DNA from: Vulcanimicrobiota bacterium
GTDB taxonomy: Bacteria > Vulcanimicrobiota > Vulcanimicrobiia > Vulcanimicrobiales > Vulcanimicrobiaceae
Reading direction: 5' to 3'
DNA length: 64,000 nucleotides
Assembly: GCA_963778045.1 (NCBI GenBank)
Contig: CAVZSY010000005.1
Coordinates: forward strand, 174,999 to 238,998
The position numbers and the translations under genes were made by a program. This document shows, in pieces, positions 19,377 to 27,858 of this stretch. The notes below the pieces were generated by a model, which made no database searches, was not told the DNA's origin, and saw only the letters and a list, made by a program, of their open reading frames with translations. The stretch's first letter is position 1; every line of letters starts with the position of its first letter.

Positions 19377-20546
19377 ATGCAGAAGGTCTTGGACGTCTTT
19401 TGGACCTTTCTTCGGCTGGGCTGCACGTCGTTCGGCGGCCCCGTCGCGCATCTTGCCTATTTTCGCCGCGAATTCGTAGAACGCCGGGCGTGGATCGACG
19501 ACGGCACGTTCGGCCAGTGCGTCGCGCTCACGCAATTGCTACCCGGGCCGGGAAGTTCGCAAACCGGAATGCTGATCGGCTGGCTTCGGGCCGGCCCCGC
19601 CGGCGCGTTCGCCGCGTGGGTTGCGTTCACGCTGCCGTCGGCGGTCATCATGACGCTGTTCGCGCGGACGATTCCGGCCGCCGGAGGTGTCGGCGGCGGA
19701 TGGCTTCATGGCCTGCTGATCGTCGCGGCAGCGGTCGTGGCATCGGCGCTGGTCGCGCTGCGGCGGACGCTCGCGCCCGATGCGGCGAGGCTCTCGATTG
19801 CGCTCGCCGTAATGGCCACGGTGATCGCGCTGCCCTTTGCGGCAACGTCGCCGGCGGCGATCGCGATCGCTGCAGCGATCGGCTTGGCGACTCTGCGTCC
19901 GCCGGGGACGTCGGCCCCAACCTTGGATCTGCATGTGTCCCATGCTGCCGGCGCGGTCACGCTCGCAGCGTTTGCTGCGGTGCTACTGGGCCTGGGTTGG
20001 TGGGCTTCCTGGGGCGGCCATGCCGCGATCCTGACCGACACGCTGTTTCGCGTCGGCAGCCTCGTGTTCGGCGGCGGCCACGTCGTGCTGCCGTTGCTGC
20101 AGACGCAGGTGGTCAGTGCGGGCATCGTCGATCAGCGCACGGTGCTCGCGGGTTACGCCGCCGCGCAAGCGATTCCGGGCCCGCTGTTCACGATCGCAAC
20201 CTACGTCGGGGCCGCCGCGTGGCAATCGTCGCTCGGCGTGACCGGGGCGTTGCTCGGGACGATCGCGATCTTCGCACCGTCGTTCTTTTTGCTGGCGGGT
20301 ATCGCGCCGTTTTACCAGGCGCTCGCGTCGAATGCGCGTTTTCGCGCAGCGCTCGCCGGAGCCAACGCGGGCGTCGTGGGTTTACTCGCGGCTGCGCTCG
20401 TGACCCCGATTCTGCGCACGGCGGTACACACGCCGCTCGAGGCTGCAGGCGCGCTCGCGGCATTTGCGGCGGTGCAGTATGCAAATTTCCCCGTGTGGGC
20501 TATGGTGATCCTAGCAGCGTTACTGGGCTTTCTCTTGGAGCGATGA
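19377..20546 (+). CDS. chrA: Chromate transporter (two CHR domains)
   Basis: ORF 19347..20546, from ATG 19377. FLRLGCTSFGGPVAHLAYF, LLPGPGSSQ; second half LVFGGGHVVLPLL, AIPGPLFT. Confidence 0.8.
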   Translation: MQKVLDVFWTFLRLGCTSFGGPVAHLAYFRREFVERRAWIDDGTFGQCVALTQLLPGPGSSQTGMLIGWLRAGPAGAFAAWVAFTLPSAVIMTLFARTIPAAGGVGGGWLHGLLIVAAAVVASALVALRRTLAPDAARLSIALAVMATVIALPFAATSPAAIAIAAAIGLATLRPPGTSAPTLDLHVSHAAGAVTLAAFAAVLLGLGWWASWGGHAAILTDTLFRVGSLVFGGGHVVLPLLQTQVVSAGIVDQRTVLAGYAAAQAIPGPLFTIATYVGAAAWQSSLGVTGALLGTIAIFAPSFFLLAGIAPFYQALASNARFRAALAGANAGVVGLLAAALVTPILRTAVHTPLEAAGALAAFAAVQYANFPVWAMVILAALLGFLLER

Positions 20547-22750
20547 TGATTCGACGTTCGATCTTTCTTGCGGCACTTGCACTCTTCGCGCTCGGAGCGG
20601 CGATAGCGGTCCGTACGATCTGGCTTCCCACGGACTGGCGTCTGACGGCGCCGATCGGTAACGTCGCGATCACCGGCACGATGCCGCAAGGGCTCGCGCT
20701 CTCGCCGGACGGTTCGCAGCTCGCGGTCGTGGAAGCCGGCGTCAATCCGCCCGCGCTACGTATTCTCGCTGCCGGCGACCTGCACGCGCTGCGTACGATT
20801 GCACTCAAAGATGCGTTCGGCGCGCCGGTGTGGGAGAATGCAAACACGGTGCTCGTGCCGGGAGCCACGACCAACGCGGTGCTGCGCGTCGATATCGCAC
20901 GCGGCACCGTTACCGAAATCGCAGCCGGTAACTACGTCAGCGCTGTTGCGCGCGCGGCCGACGGTGCAATCGACGCGACTGACGATCTTTCCGACACGCT
21001 CACGCGCACCGGAGCGAGCGTGCAAACGTGGCCGACGGGCGCGCATCCGGCCGCAATCGCCGTGACGCCGAATGCGACGTACGTCGCCGATCGCGGCGCG
21101 TCGGTGCTGAGCGTGCTGCCGTCGAAAGAATCGATCGCGGTCGATTTACATCCCGCAGCGCTCGCGCTTTCCCCTGACGGCGAGCGGCTCTACGTCGCGT
21201 GCAGCGATGCCGACAGCGTCGACGTCATCGATACGCACACGAACGCCGTCGTCGATCGCATCGCGGTCGGTTTGCCGATGGGTCCGGGCTCGTCGCCAAA
21301 TGCGCTCGCCGTCGCATCCGACGGCACGCTCTACGTCTCGCTCGGCGCACAGAACGCGATTGCCGAGATCCGCGACGACCGCGTGATCGCACGCGCACCC
21401 GCCGGGTGGTATCCGACCGGCGTCGCCGTCGACGCGAGCAACGTCTACGTCACCGACGGCAAAGGTGAAGGATCGCGCGCGAATCCGGATTTTCAGCCCG
21501 AACGCCGGCACGACCCCGAATACGTGGCGTCTGCAATGGCGGGCTCCGTGCGCACGATCGCGCGCAATGCGTTCGACGCGCAGACGACGGCGGAGGTGAG
21601 CGAAAACGTGCCCGCGCCGCAGCCCACGCCGGCACAGACCGTCGTGCGCGCGGGCGGTCCGATCGAGCACGTGATCTATATCATCAAAGAAAACCGCACG
21701 TACGATCAGGTGCTCGGCGACGTCCCCGGCGCCGACGGCGATCCCAAACTCGCCTGGTTCGGACGGACGATCACGCCGAACGAACATGCGCTCGTCGAGC
21801 GTTTCGGCATCTACGATCGCACCTTCACCGACGCGCAGGTCAGTGCCAACGGGCACAACTGGTCCACGGCCGCCTTCGCCAATGATTACCTCGAACGGTT
21901 CTGGCCCGGGAATTACGGCGGCCGCCGCAAGCAATACGATTTCGAGGACGGCGCTACCGCGAGCGCTCCAGGTACCGGATACATCTGGAATGATGCCGAC
22001 GCGCACCATGTGTCGCTGCGCGACTATGGCGAATTCGTGACGGATCCGTCCAATCCGGGCGGCGAGTATACGACCCACATGCCCGGCCTGATCGGAAAGA
22101 TCGACCCGCGTTCACCGGGATTCGATCTCGCGATCAGCGACGAAGCACGCGTCGACGAGTGGCAGCGTGAGTTCGTAGCGTACGTGCGCGACGGCAATCT
22201 GCCGCAGTTGGAAATCGTGCGTCTCCCCAACGATCACACCTCAGGCACGCGCCCCGGCACGCTTACGCCGCAAGCCTACGTTGCGCAGAACGACCATGCG
22301 GTCGGGCGGCTGGTCGACATCGTGTCGCACTCGCGCTATTGGGCGCACACGGCGATCTTCATCATCGAAGACGACTCGCAGAACGGCCCCGATCACGTGG
22401 ACGATCAGCGTACGACGTTCTACTTGGTCTCACCCTACGCCGCGCCGGGCGTGCACCACGCGCACTATACGACATCGAGCGTCCTTCGCACGATGGAAAT
22501 CTTGCTCGGCTTACCGCCGATGACGATCTTCGACCGCGTGGCGCCTGCGATGTACGACGGGTTCGCGCTGCGCCCGGACCTTCGCCCCTACGATGCGATC
22601 GCGCCGCAGATCGACGATACCGCCAAGAATCTTCGCACCGCATACGGTGCCGCGGAGAGCGAGCGCATGGATTTCGCTCATGCCGACGAAGCCGATCCGC
22701 GCATGCTCAACGACATCCTCGCGCACGTTGCAGGCGGGCTGCACCAATGA
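20543..22750 (+). CDS. Secreted/anchored beta-propeller (YVTN-type repeats) fused to a phosphoesterase-family (PLC/AcpA-like) domain
   Basis: Part of ORF 19349..22750, from ATG 20543. N-terminal TM/signal, then repeats (LALSPDGSQLAVVE, LALSPDGERLYVACSDADSVDVID, LAVASDGTLYVS). Next come HVIYIIKENRTYDQVLG, NGHNWS, LPNDHTSG, IEDDSQNGPDHVDDQRT. Confidence 0.6.
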   Translation: MMIRRSIFLAALALFALGAAIAVRTIWLPTDWRLTAPIGNVAITGTMPQGLALSPDGSQLAVVEAGVNPPALRILAAGDLHALRTIALKDAFGAPVWENANTVLVPGATTNAVLRVDIARGTVTEIAAGNYVSAVARAADGAIDATDDLSDTLTRTGASVQTWPTGAHPAAIAVTPNATYVADRGASVLSVLPSKESIAVDLHPAALALSPDGERLYVACSDADSVDVIDTHTNAVVDRIAVGLPMGPGSSPNALAVASDGTLYVSLGAQNAIAEIRDDRVIARAPAGWYPTGVAVDASNVYVTDGKGEGSRANPDFQPERRHDPEYVASAMAGSVRTIARNAFDAQTTAEVSENVPAPQPTPAQTVVRAGGPIEHVIYIIKENRTYDQVLGDVPGADGDPKLAWFGRTITPNEHALVERFGIYDRTFTDAQVSANGHNWSTAAFANDYLERFWPGNYGGRRKQYDFEDGATASAPGTGYIWNDADAHHVSLRDYGEFVTDPSNPGGEYTTHMPGLIGKIDPRSPGFDLAISDEARVDEWQREFVAYVRDGNLPQLEIVRLPNDHTSGTRPGTLTPQAYVAQNDHAVGRLVDIVSHSRYWAHTAIFIIEDDSQNGPDHVDDQRTTFYLVSPYAAPGVHHAHYTTSSVLRTMEILLGLPPMTIFDRVAPAMYDGFALRPDLRPYDAIAPQIDDTAKNLRTAYGAAESERMDFAHADEADPRMLNDILAHVAGGLHQ

Positions 22751-23457
22751 CGCCGTGGATACTGGCGGGCACGACCTTTGCGGCATCGGGCGTCGAGTTC
22801 ATCGAGGCCGCGACGATCGTGATGGCAGTCGGCGCCACGCACGGGTGGCGCACCGCGCTGACCGGCGCCGCACTCGCGGCAGCGGCACTCCTCGTCTTCG
22901 TAGCGGTCGGAGCACCGATCCTTACGAACGCGGTCTCGCTCGGAAGATTGGAGTTGATCGTCGGACCGTTTCTCGTACTCTTCGGCATCTCGTGGCTACG
23001 CAAAGCCGTTTGGCGTTATGCCGGCCACAAAGCGATGCACGATGAAGCCGCGATCTACGATCGCGCGGTTTCGGACTTGAGCGGCCGCGATGCCCGCGAC
23101 GCGATGGCGGTCTCGTTCCAAGGCGTGCTCGTCGAGGGCATCGAGGTTGCGGTGATCGTGGTTACTTTTTCGGCGACGACGCCGTCGTTGATCGCCTGGT
23201 CGGCCGGCGGAGCGCTGCTCGCGTTCGTCGTGGTGCTCGCCGCCGCAATCGCATTGCGTGCGCCGTTCTCGCGCGTTCCCGAAAACCTGCTCAAGGGAAT
23301 CGTCGGCGTGATGCTCCTCTCGCTCGGCACGTTCTGGACCGGCGAGGGGCTGGGCATCACGTGGTGGTTCGGTGATGCGACGCTCGCCGCGATCGTTGCC
23401 GGGGTGGTCGTGCTCGCTGCCGCGCTGATCGGAGTCCGCCGTGCGCGCACTGCGTAG
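22747..23457 (+). CDS. Polytopic membrane protein of unknown function
   Basis: Part of ORF 22339..23457, from ATG 22747 (ATGA-type overlap with the upstream stop). About 6 hydrophobic helices; GVEFIEAATIV and VLVEGIEVAVIV look like an internal duplication. Confidence 0.5.
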   Translation: MTPWILAGTTFAASGVEFIEAATIVMAVGATHGWRTALTGAALAAAALLVFVAVGAPILTNAVSLGRLELIVGPFLVLFGISWLRKAVWRYAGHKAMHDEAAIYDRAVSDLSGRDARDAMAVSFQGVLVEGIEVAVIVVTFSATTPSLIAWSAGGALLAFVVVLAAAIALRAPFSRVPENLLKGIVGVMLLSLGTFWTGEGLGITWWFGDATLAAIVAGVVVLAAALIGVRRARTA

Positions 23458-23614
23458 GGTCTACGACTTCATCACCGGCGGATCGATCGCGGCGCCGGTC
23501 GGCCTGTGCTGTGCGATTGTAGCGGCGATCGTTTTGCCTGCATGGCGGGCACCGCTCTTCGTCGCGCTTATCGCCGCCGCGTTCGTCGCGAGTGTTTTCG
23601 AAACGCCACGCTAA
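23441..23614 (+). CDS. Possible 57-aa small membrane protein
   Basis: Own translation from GTG 23441: VRALRRVYDFITGGSIAAPVGLCCAIVAAIVLPAWRAPLFVALIAAAFVASVFETPR, two hydrophobic segments. Overlaps the upstream gene by 17 nt. Below the ORF-track length cutoff. Confidence 0.3.
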   Translation: MRALRRVYDFITGGSIAAPVGLCCAIVAAIVLPAWRAPLFVALIAAAFVASVFETPR

Positions 23615-23644
23615 TATTTGGCGAGCCAAGCGCATCCAGGTCTA

Positions 23645-23661
23645 TTTACCTATAAGGTAAA
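23645..23661. promoter_or_regulatory. Candidate operator palindrome upstream of the OFA-type transporter
   Basis: TTTACC-TATAA-GGTAAA, a perfect 6-bp inverted repeat in the AT-rich 126-bp intergenic region 80 nt before ATG 23741. Confidence 0.25.
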
Positions 23662-23740
23662 GTACCAGTTAAGCCCTTGATTCGTACGACGTTCTACGTT
23701 CTCGGTAAATACACACGATCTCGAAGGAGAGACTACGCGC

Positions 23741-25076
23741 ATGGCTTCAACACCCGCGGCCTCCGGTAATCGTTGGTCGATCGCTTTATCCGGCGTACTC
23801 GTGATGCTCTGTCTTGGAACCGTTTATTCGTGGAGCATCTTCACGCGGCCATTGCTTGCCGCGTTCAACTGGAGCAATCAAGATACAACGTTCGCCTTTG
23901 AAATGGCGATCTTTTTCATTGGCATCGGTGCCGTGATCGGCGGCCGCTGGCAGGACCGCGTCGGTCCGCGTACCGTCACGATCGTTGGTGCGGTCCTGTG
24001 GGGTGTCGGTGTGATGCTCGCAGGCATCGGCACCGCGGCGATGGGCAAATGGTGGCTCTACCTCACCTACGGTCTGATCGGCGGTTTAGGTAACGGCATG
24101 GCCTACGTGACGCCCGTCGCGGTCGTGACGAAATGGTTTCCCGATAAGCGCGGACTGGGCAGCGGCCTGGTCGTGATGGGCTTTGGGCTGGGAGCATTCG
24201 TCTACAACCAAATCGTCCCGCGCATCGGCTCGTTTGCCGCCGCGGCGCACAAGGCAGGCGCCTATGTAACCGCGCGCGACGCCGCGATCAAAGCCGGAAC
24301 GACGTTCGATCCGACGGCGTACGCGCTTTCGTCGGGAGACGTCTCGGCGATCATGAACACCTTCATCTGGACCGGCGTGATCTTCATCGTGCTTGGCGGC
24401 CTCGGCGCGCTCGCGCTCAAAAATCCGGAGGACTCCTACACGGTTCCCGGGGCTGTGGCGCTGGCCGCGCGCACCGGCCCGAGCTACACGCCGTCCCAAG
24501 CGTTGGAGATGCCTGCAGCTCTATTTACTGTGGCTGCTGCTGTTCCTCAACGTGACCGCGGGTATTTTGATCATCTCGAACGCGGTTCCGATCTATAGCG
24601 ATCTTACGGCCATGGGCGCCGCAGCGGTCGCACCGATCTACGGCTTCCTTGCAATCTTCAACGGTATAGGACGCTTCTTCTGGGGATCGATCTCCGACCG
24701 CATCGGACGTACCATGACCTACACGGTGATGTACCTGATTCAAGTCGTGATCTTCTTCCTCTTGGGCGGTTTACACAACCCGTGGATCGTCGGCGGCGCG
24801 TTTGCAATCGTGTTGCTCTGCTACGGTGGCGGCTTCGGCGTGATGCCTTCGCTCAACGCCGACTTCTTCGGCACCAAGTACATGGGGCAGATTTACGGCT
24901 ACATCCTCACGGCGTGGGGCGTCGCCGGCGTCGTCGGCCCGTTCATCGCTTCGTGGGTGAAAGATCACACCGGATCGTTCACCGGTGCGTTGCCGTGGGT
25001 AGCCGTCATGCTGCTGGTCGCGGCGGTGATCCCATTCTTCGTCAAGAAACCCGAAGGCACGGTACAACCCGTCTAG
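23741..25076 (+). pseudogene. MFS transporter, oxalate/formate antiporter (OFA)-like, one +1 frameshift as sequenced
   Basis: ORF 23741..24598 (GNRWSIALSGVLVMLCLGTVYSWSIF..., GLGNGMAYVTPV, KWFPDKRGL) continues in ORF 24393..25076 (LYLLWLLLFLNVTAGI..., GRFFWGSISDRIGR). Junction ~24511-24520. 1336 nt = 3n+1. RBS GAAGGAGAG. Confidence 0.7.
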
Positions 25077-25095
25077 CGGTCGTTCGCGAGACGAA

Positions 25096-25138
25096 AACAA
25101 CGAGCCGGTGCAGTGCACCGGCTCGTTGTTCTTTTTCG
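25096..25138. terminator. Bidirectional rho-independent terminator
   Basis: aacaacgagccggtgca-g-tgcaccggctcgttgtt followed by cttttt, preceded by gaaaa. Lies between convergent MFS and chemoreceptor-like genes. Confidence 0.6.
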
Positions 25139-25146
25139 AACGTTTT

Positions 25147-27828
25147 TCACACAACGTCGGGATCGTAGATGATCCGGATCGTTCCGACCCGATGATCTTT
25201 GACGAAGAGCGCGAGCGAGAGATCGTTATAGACCAGGCCCGTGTCGCGCGCATACGTGTAGATCGCCCACGGCCGCGGGCCGGGCGGCCGCGTCAACGTG
25301 CACCGTTCGGATTCGAAGACGGCGTAGGACGTGCGCGGCGGCAGCGCGTTTGCCGGACCGCCCAGGCCGACGCGCGAGCAGCGCAGGCTCAGCGCGTCGT
25401 CGAAAAATCGCTTGATGCGATTGTTGTTCAAATCCGTCTGATAATCGCCGGTCCAATCGTGGCGGCACTCGCGATAGTGCCCGAAGCAATAGCCGTTGAG
25501 ATCGACGGCGAACATCGCCTTGATTGACGGGTCCATCGGTACGTATCGATCGATAATCGCGTTGATGCCCAATTCGACGGCGCGATCGTAGCGCGTTGCG
25601 AATTTCGGAGGATCGAAGCCCGTCGCGGGGACGCGTGAAACATCGAACAACCGGCTCAGTTCGCCGACGCGGGCGCCGGTGATGAGCTGGTACTCCGTGT
25701 CGCGGCAATCGGCGACCGAGATCGCACCGCTGTCGACGGCGTCATCGAAAACGCGGTCCATTTCGGCCGAAAGCTCGAAGCCCCAACCGCGCACGCGTTC
25801 GGCAAAGATGTCCAGATCGCGACCGGCCGCAATCGCAAATGCGTGCGCTCCGACTTCGGCCAACTCCAGCCGGCGCACGTCGGTCGCGGCCGCGGCGTTT
25901 GCATCGATCGCTTCCAGCGCGGTGCCCAGTTCGTCGATCAATCCGTCATACGAACGCATTTCTTGTTGCGCCAGGCTCGCCAGGCTCAGACTGCGGTCCA
26001 CCGCCTCGTTCATGCGTTCGACCAGCTCGCGCACGGCCCGTTCGGCACCGCGCGCGCGCTCCTCGACCGCTTGCGTCAGTTCGGTGGATTCGACCGTGCC
26101 GCCACGGATCGCGTCGCCCGCAGTCGCCAGCCGGGCAATCGTTTCGCCGACTTGACCGGTCGCGATGTGCGTGCTGTCCGCGAGTTTGCGGATCTCGCCC
26201 GCAATTACCGAGAACCCGAGGCCCGCCTGACCCGCGTGAGCCGCCTCGATCGCCGCGTTGAGCGCGAGCAAGTTGGTTTCGGCCGAGATCTCGTCGACCA
26301 GCGAGAGGATCGTTCCGGCGCGATCGAGCGCCTGCGACATGTCGCCCACGACGTCACCGACGGTTGCGACGTTTTCACGCACGCGATCGAGCGAGTCGAC
26401 CGAATGTCCCAACGTTTGCACGGCCAGTTCCGTCTGCTCGCGCAAGCCCTGCGCAAAGGTTTGCATCGCGAGCGACGCCTCGACCAAGGCGCTGGATGCC
26501 TGACGCGATTCGAGCAGCGAACGGCGGCATGAATCCAGCGCGGACTTGAGCTCGCTCACGCGCATCGCGATTCCGCGCCAGAGATAACTGTTGCGCGCAA
26601 CGGCCACCGCAGCGCGCACGATCGTCTCGAGAATTTCGCGCTGGGCCGCAGCGATCGCACCAGAAAATGCGTCGACGGCCTGCATCAATTCACCGCCTAG
26701 GTGCGCGACGGCGTGGGTACGGCCTTGCGCGGCGGCGACGATTGCTTGAACGCGGCCGTCTTTGGAATGGAACGTCGCCGTGTGTGTAGCGACCTCGAGA
26801 CGATACGGTTCGAGCAGACGGCGCGCGCGCTCGAACATCGACGCAAGATCGACGTCCGCTGCTTCCTTGGCCGCGACGGCGACCGCGTCGGCATTTTCGG
26901 TGACGCCGGCGAAGCGCTCGACCAGATCGGGCAGCATGCTTTGCTGTTGCTCGGCGATCGCCGCGATCGCTCCGACGGGTCCGACGAACTCGACAACGAC
27001 GTCCTCGATCGACGCAACGCTGGTCGTGATCTGTTCTTCCGCGCCGGCAAGTTCACGCGCGGCGCGCAGCGCCGCAGAAGTTGACGTCGTCGCACGCTGC
27101 GTCGCCTCGGCGAGTTGACGCGCGATCAGCCCCACGTCGAGCACGGCTTGTTTGGTGGACTCGGCCAGCGTGCGTACCTCGCCGGCCACGATTGCAAAGC
27201 CCTTGCCTTCTTGCCCCAGGTGCGCCGCTTCGATGCGCGCGTTGGTACTGAGCAGCGCCGCTTGACGCGAGATTCGCTGCACGCCGTTGACGAACTCGAC
27301 CAGTCCCGTCGACGTGGTGCGCAGGGCGCGCGACGAGTCGTCGACGCCGCCGATGGCTCCGACCAACGCCTCGGTCCCGCGGGCGGCAGCGGCGTCACCG
27401 CGCAGGTGCGAGCCGGCGGTATGGGAGGCCGCTTCGGCCATCCGCGCGTCGGTCTCCAAGTCCCGCGTCTGCGCCGCGGCGCGCTCCGAGGCCGTCTGCA
27501 TCTGGACCAGCAGGTCCGAGGCCGTCTTGACCAGCAAGCGGTATTGCTCGGCAGTTTTACGCGCGTGCACGAGTTGCTCGCTATTGCGGTCGATCGAACC
27601 GCCGGCTTCGCCGATGACCTCGGCAAAGCGGGTCAGTTCCCGCGCGCAGGATGTAACCAGCGAGCGCACCGCCGCAACGAGCGGCGCGTCATCAGGATCA
27701 AAAGTGGGGACCGGGAAAGGCACGGAGAAATCGCGCTTTGTTCGAATCTCGTCGAGCCAACGGGCGAGCGCGCGATCGATGTCCCCTATCCTTGGTGCAT
27801 CCGACGCCACACTATCAAGAGTCATCAC
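25147..27828 (-). CDS. Soluble chemoreceptor-like protein with two methyl-accepting (MA) signalling domains and a C-terminal ~200-aa sensor-like domain
   Basis: ORF 25147..27828, 893 aa, no TM segment. MA tips [34 protein letters not shown] (aa ~190-225) and [35 protein letters not shown] (aa ~515-555). C-terminus [12 protein letters not shown]...[13 protein letters not shown]...YARDTG... Confidence 0.75.
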   Translation of the reverse strand: MMTLDSVASDAPRIGDIDRALARWLDEIRTKRDFSVPFPVPTFDPDDAPLVAAVRSLVTSCARELTRFAEVIGEAGGSIDRNSEQLVHARKTAEQYRLLVKTASDLLVQMQTASERAAAQTRDLETDARMAEAASHTAGSHLRGDAAAARGTEALVGAIGGVDDSSRALRTTSTGLVEFVNGVQRISRQAALLSTNARIEAAHLGQEGKGFAIVAGEVRTLAESTKQAVLDVGLIARQLAEATQRATTSTSAALRAARELAGAEEQITTSVASIEDVVVEFVGPVGAIAAIAEQQQSMLPDLVERFAGVTENADAVAVAAKEAADVDLASMFERARRLLEPYRLEVATHTATFHSKDGRVQAIVAAAQGRTHAVAHLGGELMQAVDAFSGAIAAAQREILETIVRAAVAVARNSYLWRGIAMRVSELKSALDSCRRSLLESRQASSALVEASLAMQTFAQGLREQTELAVQTLGHSVDSLDRVRENVATVGDVVGDMSQALDRAGTILSLVDEISAETNLLALNAAIEAAHAGQAGLGFSVIAGEIRKLADSTHIATGQVGETIARLATAGDAIRGGTVESTELTQAVEERARGAERAVRELVERMNEAVDRSLSLASLAQQEMRSYDGLIDELGTALEAIDANAAAATDVRRLELAEVGAHAFAIAAGRDLDIFAERVRGWGFELSAEMDRVFDDAVDSGAISVADCRDTEYQLITGARVGELSRLFDVSRVPATGFDPPKFATRYDRAVELGINAIIDRYVPMDPSIKAMFAVDLNGYCFGHYRECRHDWTGDYQTDLNNNRIKRFFDDALSLRCSRVGLGGPANALPPRTSYAVFESERCTLTRPPGPRPWAIYTYARDTGLVYNDLSLALFVKDHRVGTIRIIYDPDVV

Positions 27829-27858
27829 TGAAGGTCCGCCGTTCCTGCAGGAGGAGTC

